64,000 bases of DNA, taken from NCBI RefSeq assembly GCF_009914755.1, contig NC_060938.1, one strand, 5' to 3'. The notes beneath the pieces were generated by a model. The model made no database searches. It was not told the origin of the DNA and saw nothing but the letters and a program-made list of their open reading frames with translations. The stretch's first letter is position 1. The number at the start of each line of letters is the position of its first letter. The DNA comes from the human T2T-CHM13v2.0 reference genome, Homo sapiens. Both the position numbers and the translations under genes were made by a program. Shown here piece by piece: positions 40,035 through 53,620 of this stretch.

Positions 40035-40879
40035 TGTAAACCAAATATTATCTGAGACAGGTCTCAATCAATTTAGAAGTTCATTTTGCCAAGGCTAAGG
40101 ACATGGCTGTGACACAAACTCAGGAGGTGCTGACAACACGTGCCCAAGGTGGTCAGACTACAGCTTGTTTTTTTTCACTTTAGGGAAACATAAGACATCT
40201 ATCGATACATGAAAGATTATGTTGACTTGTTTCAGATAGGTAGGACAATTCAAAGCAGAGGCTTCCAAATCATAGGTGAATTCAAAGATTTTAGTTTATC
40301 TGAAGACCTGGAATCTATAGAAGGGAGTATTTGGATTAAGATAGGGGTTGTGGAGACCAAGGTTCTTATTATGCAGATGAAGCCTCCAGGTAGCAGGCTT
40401 CAGAGATAATAGATTGTAAATGTTTCTTATCAGATTTTAAAAAGTGCCAGACTCTTAGTTAATTCTCTCCTGCATCGGGAAAAGACGTTGGAAAGGAATG
40501 GGGGTTCTCTACAGAATGTAGATTTTTCCCCACAAGAGACAGCTTTGTTAGGCTATTTCAAAATATGTCAAAGAAATTTATTTCGGGTAAAATACTTCCA
40601 TTTCTTTAAGGGCCTGCTATCTGTCAAGTGATGCTATACTAGAGTCAGGCTGGAATTGCTACAAAAAGTCTATTTCATCAGTCTTAATATCTGTTTTGAT
40701 GTTAATGCTGGTCAGCTGTGCCTGAATTCCAAAGGGAGGAGGGTATAATGAGGCATGTCCAACCTCCACTTCTCATCAGGGTCTTAACTAGTTTTTCAGG
40801 TTAACTATGGAATGCCTTTAGCCATAAGGAGCGGTCATTCAGTTAGTTGGGGGGCCTAGAATTCTATTTTTGGTTTACA
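40035..40879 (-). mobile_element. MER4 (B/C-like) solo LTR, ERV1
   Basis: TGTAAACCAAA...TTTGGTTTACA termini with perfect 4-bp TSD ATAG (40031-40034, 40880-40883). Confidence 0.9.
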
Positions 40880-41029
40880 ATAGGATTGAAAAAATCTGTG
40901 TAATCTTAGAGAAATTATTTAACCTAGTTGGGTAATTAATTTCTTTGCTTATACCTGCTGAACTAATGTTACCTTTATCTCAGGTTGTTGTAAAAGTTAG
41001 ACAAAGTAATGAGTGGTTAGTTAACTCTT

Positions 41030-41335
41030 TAATCTCTCAATGCAAATGTCACCATCTCAGAAAAACCTCATTTGTTCCACCCTATCTAATGTGCAGTCTC
41101 TTTTCACCTACCTACCTGACCATTCTCTATTCCATATAAGGGTACTTATCACCATGGATTTATTTTTATTTCTTTGTTTACTGTTGTTGTTCATTGTCAG
41201 TTTTCCCAACCAGAATATAAGAGTCACAAGAGCAGGGACCTTGTCTATCCTATTCCCACTGAACCTCCTGCAAGGAAAATATTGGCAAAAACATCTCAGT
41301 ACCCAATAAATATTTATTAAATATGAATGAATATA
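41030..41335 (+). mobile_element. L2 3' end flanked by MIR-like remnants
   Basis: AGAATATAAGAGTCACAAGAGCAGGGACCTTGTCT...CAATAAATATTTATTAAATATGAATGAAT. Confidence 0.7.
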
Positions 41336-41860
41336 AAGTGTTTGACACAAAAAGACTCAATAAATGTTAGTTCCCTTCTTTCTGACTGAGGGAAAATCTG
41401 TCTCCCTAAAATGTTACATAGGCCTTCATCCTCCAAGGCCATGTCTCCTTCTCCAAACATACATTCCCCAGTAAGAAGTAATTCTTTAGGTAACTGTTAT
41501 TTGATAAGGTCATCTTTATTTCAGAGTTTGCTACAATTAAAAATGATGATGTGATGACAACCTCAAGTTGGGCATTAGATGCAGATTTAGTTTACTGAAT
41601 AAAAAGAATGCCTAATCTGGGGGATTCATACAGATTGCCAAGGAAATGTCATTTAAAGCCTTCCATTTTAAGACTATGTGCAGTACCTGGTAATTGCTTG
41701 TATTAATTTGCATTTCAATCAGTATTGAAAAAAATCTCACTAGGCAGTGGCCTTTAGCTAAATTGTCTTATTCTGTTAAAGCCAACATTAATGAATAAAA
41801 TGTTTAACTTATCACAAACACACCAAATGCTAGTATTAGAAAAGGGAAAGAAGGAGAGAA

Positions 41861-41920
41861 GGAAGGAAGGAAGGAAGGAAGGAAGGAAGGAAGGAAGGAA
41901 GGAAGGAAGGAAGGAAGGAA
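41861..41920 (+). repeat. (GGAA)15 perfect microsatellite inside a polypurine tract
   Basis: 15 uninterrupted GGAA units counted directly. Confidence 0.97.
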
Positions 41921-42509
41921 GAGGGTGGGAGAGGTGGGAAGGAGGGAGAGAGTGGGGGAGGGAGGATACTACTGAGCAAAAAGCAAAATCACAAATAAGA
42001 AAGTCAAAGGCTTCAGAGTCAGTCTCTACACATCAACACATCAGAAACGAAGGCCTCAAGGAAGGCTTTTATACATCTGAGATGCCAGAAATGGTCTTTT
42101 CTGAGGAGGCTGAGGCACTAGCCCAACAGAGAAGTGTTTTTCATTGTCTTTCTTTCTTTTTAAACTCATTTACTACTTAGATTAAAGAATAGTGTTTTCC
42201 AACCATAATGCAAACATAGATATCTGGGACAAGAATACAAGAGTCTGAGTCAGACAATCCCTGTCTTAGTCTTGATTGTCATCTATCACTCACTCCAAGT
42301 ACTCACTTAGTGTCTTGTATATCAGAGACTGGCAGCCATTAAAACTCAATTTGTCAAAGCTCCAGCTCTTTTCCCTTGACAGGAAGAGTGTCCAATGCAG
42401 CTGTGGGAAGTGGTGGGAAAATGGACCAGGTAGTTGGTGGAAACACAAGCCAAGACTTAGTATGTCTATGTCTGTTTAGCACAGAACTAGAAGATATAAA
42501 AGATATTTA

Positions 42510-44325
42510 GACTTCCAGTTTGGGGTCCAATATGTAAAATGTTTGTAAATTATCATTTCCATCCTTATGACAAGAAAATGATGGGGGAAAAAAAAACAAA
42601 ACAGAAATTCAGTGACTTTTCTTGGACCCACTGGATAACTGAGGTCACAGGAGATCTAGGCAGATCCAGAGAGATGCAAGTGAGAGCTGCTCACCTGGAC
42701 CAGAAGCCACTGGGGCCATAAACTGGTAGGAAAACTTAAATGGTAATTTTGATATATTTCTGGAGGATGAGTGTGGACTAGCTTGAGAGTGAGAATATCC
42801 TGGGGACTGCAAGTCTTAAAGAGCCCTTTCATGGGTTCTGCCTCTAGGAATGCTACCAGGTTCTCATGGTCAAGAGCCAAGAAAGATCACCTTCTGGCTA
42901 TAGCAAGGGGAAGGGAAGAGTAACCATTGCAAAATACGCCTACACGTTCTATATAACAAAGACCTACTCACCAGAGGGAAAGACTTTGCCAGAGGCTTAT
43001 CTCATCTAGAATAAGGGCATTTTCTCCCACTACAGCACCCTCTAGCATTTATCTCACTTAAGGGAGTGGGTAGTGGGTGAGCTAAGAAACCCTCGAGAAG
43101 GTCACAGTCCAGAGATACCTGCCCACTAAAAGATTGAGATTTAAAGATAAGATAATGGCAAACTTCCTCTCCCCCATAATTTACCACCACAATGAAAGGG
43201 CTCCAGTAAAGCAACAGGGGATTCAGCTGAAAGAGGTGCAAGAATCAGACTCTTTTTAAGGAGTAATTTTTAGGAAAAACAAAAGACAACAGGAGAGACA
43301 AAAACAAGGATGCCAGAAAAGTTGAAGCCTCTGGTACCTACAGCTACAACAAATATCAACACAGTTCAATTACTAGCCAAATTGGCAGAAAAAACTCATA
43401 CTAAAGGTTCATTTCCCTTAGTTCCCATTACCCAATATATCATGGCCAGATTTCAACAACCACATTACAAGGTGTGCTAAAACACACACACACACACAAA
43501 AACATGCTGTGAAGAAACAAAGCAAACATCAGAATCAGATTCAAATGTGAAACAGATGTTGGTACTATCAGGCCTGAAATTTTAAATAATTATGATTATG
43601 ATTAATATGCTTAGATCTCTAACAGGTAAAAGTAGACAACATGCAAGAACAGAAGTGATATATAAGCAGAGAGATGAAAACATTAAGACAAATAAAAAGG
43701 AAACACTAGAAATTGAAAACACTGTAACAAAAGTTAAAGAATGCCTTCAATGGGCTCATCAGCAGATTGGACATGGCTAAACAATCAGTGAGACTAAAGA
43801 CACATCAATAGAAACTCCAAAACTGAGAAGCAAAGAGAAAGGAGAATTTAAAAAGAAAATAGAATACAACACTCAAGAACTGTCAGATAGTTTTAAAAGG
43901 TATAACTTACACATAATTGAAACACCAGAAGGAAAAGAAGGAGAAAACAGAGCAGGAGAAATATTTGGAGTAATAATGGCTGAGAATTGTCCAAAATTAA
44001 TGACACCAAACCACAGATCCAGGAAGCTAACACCAAGCAGGGAACACCAAACAGAATACCAAGAAATATATTATTTGGTATATTATATATAAACTGTTAA
44101 AAACCAAGGACACAGGGAAAATCATGAAAGAAGCCATAGGGGTAAAAGAAAAGTACCTTACCTATGGAGGAAGAAGGGTGAGAATGACAGTGGACTTCTC
44201 AGTGGACACCATGCAAGCAAAGAGAGTGACATGAAATACTGAGGGTTGAAAGGAAAAAAATCCACTAATCTAGAAATTTATGTCCAGCAAAAATATCCTC
44301 CATAAGTAAGGGTGAAATAACAACC
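42510..44325 (+). mobile_element. L1MC/MD-type 5' UTR and decayed ORF1
   Basis: Starts GACTTCCAGTTTGG; ORF1-like sequence at 43560-44320 (GAAATATTTGGAGTAATAATGGCTGAGAATT, CCACAGATCCAGGAAGCT). Confidence 0.8.
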
Positions 44326-44850
44326 AAGAATAATGAGCATAAGGTATTGTTCCTGCTATTGTAGTGGCTTTTAGCTCCACTCACCCTCAAAAGACAAAAC
44401 CAAGGGACTATAAGCTGGTTCCAGTAAGCTGATCATCCTTACTGGAAACATGAGGAAGAGGGAGTGACAGAGATCTGGGCTGCATTAGGAAAGACAGTCC
44501 CTAAAATTGAAATGTCAAAATAATAGGATTGTTGGTGGGGTGGGGGGTTAATGCAAGGATAGACATAAAGTGTGCTGAATAGTGAGTTTTCAATATGCAA
44601 CGGGTTGCTTTTATTACTAAACCTCATATCTTTTGTGGCCTCATGGTGTTTCTCCCTAAAATAGCCAACCACATGCTAAGCACCAATTGTACCTAACCCC
44701 TCTCGCCTCAAGGAATTTAAAATCTATAGACATTCAGAGAAATACATTAATAATAGTAAAATATCATATAGCAGTAGAAACAAACGCTAAATTATGAGCT
44801 ACAGGCAATAATCTTTCAGTCAAGTCTAATCAAGAAATATTTATTGAGCT

Positions 44851-45242
44851 TGTTATGTACTTAATGTGTTTCCCAAAAATTCATATGTTGACATGCTAAC
44901 CCCCAATGTGATTATATTTGGAGGTGAGACCTTTGGGAGATGATTAGAGTGATATAAAAATCATAAGGGTAGGTTCTAATATGAGATTAATGTCCTCATA
45001 ATAAGAGGAAGAAAAAGATCCCTATCTCTTCCCCCTGAGCACTTGTACTGAGGAAAAAAGCCTTTTGTGAACAGGTGATAAAGCAGCTTTCTTCAGGCTA
45101 AGGAAAGAGGCCTCCCCAGGAACCAAATGGTTCGACAGCTTCATCTTGGACTTCCCAGCCTTAAGAACTGTGAGAAAATAAATTTCTGTTAAGCCACCCA
45201 GTCTGTGCTATTTTGTTATGGCAGCTGAAGCAGACTAAGACA
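44851..45242 (+). mobile_element. MLT1A/MSTD-like solo LTR inserted in L2
   Basis: TGTTATG...GCAGACTAAGACA with perfect TSD GAGCT (44846-44850, 45243-45247). Confidence 0.88.
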
Positions 45243-45332
45243 GAGCTTTCACTCTGTGTCAGACACTCTTGTAATCTCCAGAAATTTGCATTTAAGGAGT
45301 GGAAACAAAAATAAGATAAAGATAGAAGAAAG

Positions 45333-45357
45333 TTATATATATATATATATATATATA
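45333..45357 (+). repeat. (TA)n microsatellite
   Basis: About 12 TA units. Confidence 0.9.
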
Positions 45358-45429
45358 TCTGTGCAAGTTGTGCATAGAATTAAAACTGAATAATGTGATT
45401 GATGATAGATGATAGACAAATAGATAGAT

Positions 45430-46070
45430 AAGGTTTCCAGGGAAGATCTGTCCTGATAGAAAATATATAAGTTGAGATCTAAATAACAAGAAAGAACCAG
45501 CTGTGAAAAGATCAGAGATAACATTCCAAAAAGGGAACAATTAGGAAAGGTGTGAAGTAGGCAATTGGGTGTATAAGCCTGAATTTTAGGGCAAAGGCCA
45601 GGAATGGATGTATCAATCTGTGAGACTTATGGATTGTATTTAAAGCCACAAGCTTGGCAAGATTACTTATGCAGAGTATGTAGGCAGGGCACAGGACTGA
45701 ACCTTTGGACATTCCAAACATTCATGGTTAGGCAGCAGAGGTACCAGGAAAGATGTATGAGAAGGAATAGCTAATGAGACAGGAGGAAAACCCATTTCAA
45801 TTCTACTCAATAGAAGACTAAAGAAAATATGTTTGCAAAATAACAGAATGGTTAGTGCTGCTGAGATATGAGGAAGATAAGACCATAGAGATAACTCTTG
45901 AATTTGGCAACTTGAAGGTCATAAGGGACCTTGACTAGTCTTTGTGGTGTGATGAAGACAAGAGCCTGAATGGTCTGTTATGGAAGCAAGTGAGGTGAGG
46001 AGCAGAGATAGTGACTCAAGAAGTTTTGCCATGAAAAGGAGTAGAGAGATGGGCAGTCTCTGAGGGGCAT
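45430..46070 (-). mobile_element. L2 fragments
   Basis: Purine-rich antisense L2 motifs (GTATTTAAAGCCAC, GAATTTGGCAAC..GAAGGTCAT..GACCTTGAC). Confidence 0.7.
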
Positions 46071-46709
46071 CTAGAGTAGGCACAAAGCTCCATTTAGGTT
46101 TAGGAAGCCTAATGGAAATGGTAGTGCCTAAGCCACATCAGGTGAGAAGAACTGTGTGAGGAAAGACAGAAGACCCAGTTGAACACATCTGGCCCCTCTC
46201 CTGCTCTGCCTCCATTGCCTTGGACTGGTGCTTCTTTTCTCTGAGGATTTGCGTGGTTCTAGTTATGGAGGAAGAAGATGCGGGCCATCATATTTGTTTC
46301 TTTATCTACATTATGGAGATAACGACATCCCTCTCCTAAACACTAAGACATCTAGACAACTGTAATGTAAAATTAGTACTAACAACCAAAGTTCCATTTG
46401 ATTAAGAAAATACTAATTACTCACACCAATAAATGGCTGCAACATCTAGTCCCCATTCAATTTGGGGAAATTAAAGGAAATGTGAGATTCCATGAGCAGC
46501 GGCTTAAGAATCTAGAGGAAGCTTCATTCACTCTTCAGTAGAAGCTTCTTTTCTTAGCCAAAGAAACAACACAGCCTGCATCTCCAGTGTAATGCCTTGA
46601 CCAAACATGGAAATAGCAATGATAGGGAATCAGTGCCTACCATGACTTGAGGTCTCAAACTCAGCAGGAAGTCTATTATGCCTCTATAGGCTGTGTCCCT
46701 CTTAAAATC

Positions 46710-47320
46710 TGTATTGGTCAGGGTTCCCCAGGGAAACAGAACCAATAGGATATAGGGAGAGAGGATGTGTGATTAAATAATTGGTGTATTACACTGTGGT
46801 GTCTGGCAAGTTCAAAATCTGCACGACAGACCAGTAGGCTGGACATGCAGGGATGAGTCAATGTTGCAATTCAAGTCTTGAAGGCAATATGCTGGCAGAA
46901 CTTCCTCTTCCAGAGCAGTCAGGTTTTATTTTTTTTTTTATTAAGGTCTTCAAATGATTGGGTGAGGCCTACTTACATTATGAAGGGTAATCTGCTTTTC
47001 TCAAAGTCTACTGATATAAATGTTAATCTCATCTTTAAAAAAAAAAAAGGTTTACAGAAACATCTAGAAGAATGTTTGACCAACCATCTCTTTTCCATGC
47101 CTAGCCAAGTTGACACAAAAAATTATTAACCATTACAAGTCTACCCCTCATCAACATGGCACCCTTACATATCTTCTTAAATAATACTAATCTCCAAACA
47201 AAGATAATAGCAAGGTAATACCTCCACATGACATGATAAAATTATCCCGCGTTTTCCAGAAAGGCACTAACGCTTTCTGTAGAGGAGGATGTGGAGTACT
47301 TGGGTGATATGCTCATTCTG
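46710..47320 (-). mobile_element. MLT2 (C/D-like) LTR (46710-47137) plus adjoining ERVL internal remnant
   Basis: TGTATTGGTCAGGGTTCCCCAGGGAAACAGAACCAATAGG...TTAACCATTACA followed by AGTCTACCCCT (polypurine-tract complement). Confidence 0.85.
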
Positions 47321-48072
47321 CTAACAGATTCCATTTCTCAGAATAGTGCCCAGGGAAGAGCCTCACTAAAAAAAAAAAAACAGTAATGAAATCATGGCTT
47401 CCCATGGAATGTCAATTTATGGCTGCTATTTTAAGAGATCCTTTAATTACTTGTTTTCTGGAGCAGTAGGTTTGCCACATAAAACCATTTTCTTTTATCT
47501 GTTGAATGTTCAAACTTAGCTCTAAATTCTGACTCTGATACAAATACTACATATGTGACAGAAAAAAAGAAAACCTCATGAATTAAATTCAGAATGTCTC
47601 TTGCATTTTCTTTCTCTCACCATGTGATTTTTTTAGCCCTTTGGGAGAAGGGACAGAAATTTGCATTGCACAGAGTACTTTGTGCAAATAGCATTAACAG
47701 TAAGTATAGATAACTGATTTGAGGCTTAAGGAAAAGCTAAACAGTAAATTGTTACAAATAAATTTTCTACCGTAAAGACTGTGGTTTAACTGATATATTT
47801 AAGAGCCAGATTCTTGGAAGGAGCTTACCAATGGAAAAGATACAGTGTTAGTAACATTGTAAACTATTGACCTCAATCTTTCCTTCTGCACTGGTTCACA
47901 AATGCTTTGCCATATAGGATTTTTAATGATATCCAGTTCTCCCGCCTGGTAAACATAAGATCAAATCTTGCTTTACAAAGAGTATTTGGATACGCTCTAT
48001 CCTTGCAGATAATATGTGCTGATCACATTTGTGGAGTGAATATAAGAAATAAAGAAATTAAAAGTGTTCCTA

Positions 48073-48282
48073 AGGGGAACATCACACACGAGGGCCTGCT
48101 GGGGGGTGGGGGACTACGGGAGGAATACCATTAGGAGAAATACCTAATGTAGATCAAGGGTTGATGGGTGCAGCAAACCACCATGGCACGTGTATACCTA
48201 TGTAACAAACCTGCACATTCTGCACATGTATCCCAGAATTTAAAGTATAACAACAACAAAAACCTAGATTAAAGAAAAAAAA
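48073..48282 (+). mobile_element. L1PA 3' tip (about 210 bp)
   Basis: G-rich 3' UTR tract and GGTGCAGCAAACCACCATGGCACGTGTATACC; degenerate TSD AAAAGTGTTCCTAA/AAAAGTTTCCCTAA. Confidence 0.92.
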
Positions 48283-48623
48283 GTTTCCCTAAACTCTTGT
48301 TATTAACAAAACAAAATCTCACACCAAAAGTAAAGCTAGAGACTAGAAGAGAAACTACAAGCTGCTTAATCTCAAAGCTGGGGTAACGTAAGTAAAGTGC
48401 ATTCAGGTCGAAGCCTGGAGGAGAGATGACCTGAAGCTTGGTAAGTTCTTCAAACCTGTAGCAGCAATAATATCATCCCATGCTTTCATCCTATGCCTGT
48501 CCAATGGGTACAATGAACTGTAATGGTGAGATACTCCTGAGATGGCAGCCTTCAGAAAAGACTTTTTGACACATAAAGCTTGTCGATACTGACCCTTGTT
48601 TGTAAGCGTTCTTTAGTAATGTC

Positions 48624-49395
<772 letters not shown>

Positions 49396-52300
49396 AAGTT
49401 AATAATAATTTGCAAATGAAATCTATAGTCTCGTGGTTTAAAAAATTATTTATTGGGCTTTTAAGTTATAACAGCAATACAGATTTAATCTAACAAATCA
49501 AAATGTAGAAACTGATAAAGCCAAAAGTAAAAGCCATACCTTTATAACACAGATTTTACCCTGAATATTTATATTTTTGACTTTTTCTATGAATATATAT
49601 AAGCACCTTTTTCTTTTTTTCTTTTCTTTTCTTTACAAAACTAGGATCATCCTGTGCATGTTTTTCATCTTGTTTTTCATTCACTATGTTAAAAAAATAT
49701 ATGGACACTTTTACATGTCAATATATAGAAATCAACATCCTCCTTCGAGTAGGCTATGTAATATTCCATTAGAGCCACCATCTCATAATTCACATTTTAT
49801 AAAATTCACATTTATTATCTACTATGTGCTAGGAACAGAATATTTGTTTTCAAGGAGGAGGAGAGATACATAAGTAAAAAGGAAGTTATATGGCAGTGTG
49901 AAAAATCCTTCAGTGGCCTCAAGCACAAGAAACTGTGGGGAGGGTAGGTAGGATATTCCAAGCACAGGGAACAGATTATGCAAATGACCCAAAATAAGAA
50001 TAATAGGGTCAAACAAGCAGAATCTCATCATTCTCACAAGTGACTGTAAAGAAAAAACAATTCATATGAGAGCTCTGGATTCTAAAACCTGATAAATTTT
50101 CCCAGATTTAAATAGACTCATTTTCAAGAGGGGTATGTAAAATTATTTAATGATCAGTTGGCTCAACACAAGGAACTATTTGGCAGGAGTACTTTATCAG
50201 TTTTAACAAGTATGACTTGCTCTACTAGTGTCTTACAAGATGCATACTTCATTATCTTATGGGTCCTGGCCATTGGCACATAGACTCTAATGAATCATAG
50301 TTTAGATTTCAAGGATGCTTTTTCAAGGATGCAACACTGAGGTGGGGCTCCCAACAGGCATTACCCCAGCAAATGAGGCCAAAGACCACAGCTAAAGTGA
50401 TCTTAACCATGTTGAAGAATTCTGAAGGTAAAATTCTCAAGCTCAATCTAAATGAGCCCCATAGAAGGATGATTTATTACCAAAGGACATAGGAAAATGA
50501 TTAGCCTTAATGAAGCACCTTGTAGTTTATGCAAATTGGATCTGATTCACCACTGATATTGGACTTAAAATTCCTAATGACGTCTAGCTAATCAGCTTAA
50601 TCACAGAGATGCCTAATGGGCTTTTTGTCTGAGGCCTTGATGTACTGCCTGGCTTTATTATGAGGTGATGGGGTGGGAGGCTACATGCCAACCATTTGCA
50701 ATGGAGTGGGATAGTCTAGACACCAAGTTGCTTCCATTTGGGAATACCTGAAACCTTCTCTCCACCTCATCTTTCTCAGTTCCAGTTATTAGGAGGAGAA
50801 ACAGGTCTAAGTTCCCACCAATAATGCAAAAGGGCCCAATTATAGCAGAAAAAATTGAGACAGATACCCCCAAATCAGTTCATCTAAAAGTTTTTGATAA
50901 TCAAGGTATTAAGAAAAATGTCCAATTGTTCATTCTGTAGGACTTTGGAATAAACCTGATGGATGAGAGGTTTAGGCTGTCATAGCTGCAGTGCAATAAG
51001 GAAATGAAAGAGATGAACCCAGAAATCATTTTCAGATAATTTAATTGACTTTAAGTCTGAAATAAATATGTAATGGAAGTTGTACTGTGTTATTAAGGAT
51101 AAATTATCATTGAATTATTCTCTAATAGCTGATGCCTCAGGAACTATTTGGCAAATTCTTGTACCACGGGTGCATGCATGAGTCCTGGCTGAATGCTGTC
51201 TGCTCACCCACATGGCTATCTGTCTGAAAGTGTCTGTGGCAATGGAGCCTGACTAAGACCAACATTTTATCCAGTTACAAAGCAGTTTATCAGCTGCCGG
51301 CATGGAGAAACTTCCTCAGCTAGTTAAGCCTTGCCTTATAATCATAATTTCTCATTCCTAGTCCCAGAATACTTTCCACTTAGCAGATCTTGCTTCCTGG
51401 CTTTATTGCTGAATCAGCCAATAATAACTAATTTTATGTCTCCTTTGAATCCTGCCAATCTGGCTTATTTGGGGAGAGAGAAAGTAGGAGAGTCAATCAA
51501 AGTAGTCACATTTCACAGTCTCTCTGACAGCTTTTCAGAAGGAACTCATCTAAATTGCATTCCATTCACTCAGTCTGATGGATGTTTACTCAGAGGGTGC
51601 AGCAGCCAGTGGAGGGGCTCTGTTAAGCACTTGCGAAGGGCCTCCAACACCACACAGATAATCCCGGCCTTAGCTGTGTCTCCACTTGGATGTCTCAGGC
51701 CTCAGTGTTTTGGATTCCAAGAACTAATAAAATTGTCAAAGAATGTTGGTAGCCAATCCATATTTACCAGATTTTAGCAAATCTAGTTAGCAAACTGTCA
51801 TCATTTCAGGAAAAGATCATTTTTAAACAACAACAACAACAAAACAGGAAGTTATTAACTAAGAATTTTTTTTAAATCTTAGCATAAAAGGAGCATTATG
51901 AAAAATTCATTGCATTGTCCTTCTTTTTCCATTTTTCTTCAAATTGGTGCAAACTTTCTTGCAGAAATGTGCCCTAGAAGGCAAAAACAATTGTTTTCCT
52001 CTTTATTTGAGGAAGATTAATAAGGAGAGAAGTGCAACAAATGAGAGTGTGTGTGACTTTCCATGCCAGTCTGTCTGTGTCCTTCTCCAGCAAATGTACC
52101 CAGGCACAATTTGAGGCCTTTTTCATGCCCTATGACCACGACTCCCCTCCGCAACTATTACCTCAGGAACCCTCCTGAACCTCCTAGAATCTCGCATTGG
52201 ACACTATCTTTTTAATATGTATCATATGTATGCTATTCAAAATTAAAAGTAAATTTTGAAGAAAAAAAACTCTACTTATGAGCCAATGTAACAGAAGAAA

Positions 52301-52486
52301 AAAAAACTTATATTTTTTCTATTTCAACAAATGTACACTCTATAATAAAATACCAGTATTCTCTCACAACATAAAGTTTTTTCTAAGGAAGCTTTTATTT
52401 TTCTAGTGCTGATGCTCATCACAGACAATGCTGTCACAAAACCACCTGATGTGTGTCCTGTACTATGCACTACGGGATTGGGGAAG

Positions 52487-53090
52487 TTAATTAATCAGAG
52501 TTCTCTAGAGGGACAGAACTATAGGTTGATGCAAAAGTAATTGCTGTTTTTGCCATTAAAAGCAATGGCAAAATAAAAGGATAGACATACATATGAAGGG
52601 TAGTTTATTAAGGAGTATTGACTCACACGATCACAAGGTGAAGTCCCACAATAGGCCGTCTGCAAGCTGAGGAGCAAGGAAGCCAGTCCGAGTCCCAAAA
52701 CCTCAAAAGTAGGGGAGCCAACAGTGCAGCCTTCAGTCTGTGGCCGAAGGCCCAAGAGCCCCTGACAAAGCACTGGTGTAAGCCCAAGAGTCCCAAAGCT
52801 GAAGAACTTGGAGTCCGATGTTCAAAGGCAGGAAGCATCCAGCAGGGGAGGAAGATGAGGAATGGAAGACTCAGCAAGTCAAGTCCTTCCACGTTCTTCT
52901 GCCTGCTTTTATCCTAGCTGCACTGGCAACTGATTAGACTGTGCCCACCCAGATTGAGGGTGAGTCTGCCTCTCCCAGTCCACTGACTCAAATGTTAATC
53001 TCCTTTGGCACCACCCTCACAGACACACCCAGGAACAATGCTTTGCATCCTTCAATCCAATCGAGTTGACAATCAATATTAACCATCACA
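52487..53090 (-). mobile_element. MLT2A2 (HERVL) solo LTR containing a truncated MADE1
   Basis: GTTCTCTAGAGGGACAGAACT...CAATATTAACCATCACA; perfect TSD GGAAG (52482-52486, 53091-53095). Confidence 0.92.
52521..52574. mobile_element. MADE1, right arm truncated
   Basis: TAGGTTGATGCAAAAGTAATTGCTGTTTTTGCCATTAAAAGCAATGGCAAAA. Confidence 0.88.
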
Positions 53091-53099
53091 GGAAGTAAA

Positions 53100-53620
53100 C
53101 AAGGAGACCAAGCTCTCCGTGTTAGTCCCATGGACAAGTTACTACACCTCTCTGAGACTCTCTTGTGGTGTGGAGATATGAATATTTTTCAACTCAGAGC
53201 ATTATTGCAAAGACCAGCTTTGGCATGTAGAAATACCTTGTAAACTATAAAATTATCTACATGTATGAGATATCATAGTTATTGATTTTTAATAGAAAGT
53301 GATAAAAAAGTAATCGTTTTCAAAAATAAATTCCAGAGTAATAATGACAATGATGATAATGATGATGATGGCAGCACAATGTAAAAATAAGAAAAACATT
53401 TCTTTAGGGCTTTCTTTGTGCCAAGGCATTTGCACTAAGCACTTCATGTCATTTTTCATGTAATCCCCACAACAATGCCATGAAGCAGACTCTACTATTA
53501 TCACAGTTTAATAAATGAGAAAATTGAATTTTAGATAAATTGATAGACTTGCCTACTTCACACAACAAGCATAAGTCAGAGCTGCGATTCAAGCCCTGGT
53601 TCTGTCTGATTCATAAACCT
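53100..53620. mobile_element. Two MIR fragments (opposite orientations) around a (GAT)n-like tract
   Basis: GGACAAGTTACTACACCTCTCTGAG (+); TGTGCCAAGGCATTTGCACTAAGCACTT...ATAAATGAGAAAATTGA (-). Confidence 0.7.

Noticed and set aside
41791-42180. 129-aa ORF with KEGR repeats
   Set aside because: It is open only because the GGAA microsatellite has no stop codons
51331-51777. 148-aa ORF, the longest outside recognised repeats
   Set aside because: Begins at TTG, has no recognisable domain or compositional signal, and about one ORF of this length is expected by chance in six frames of 64 kb
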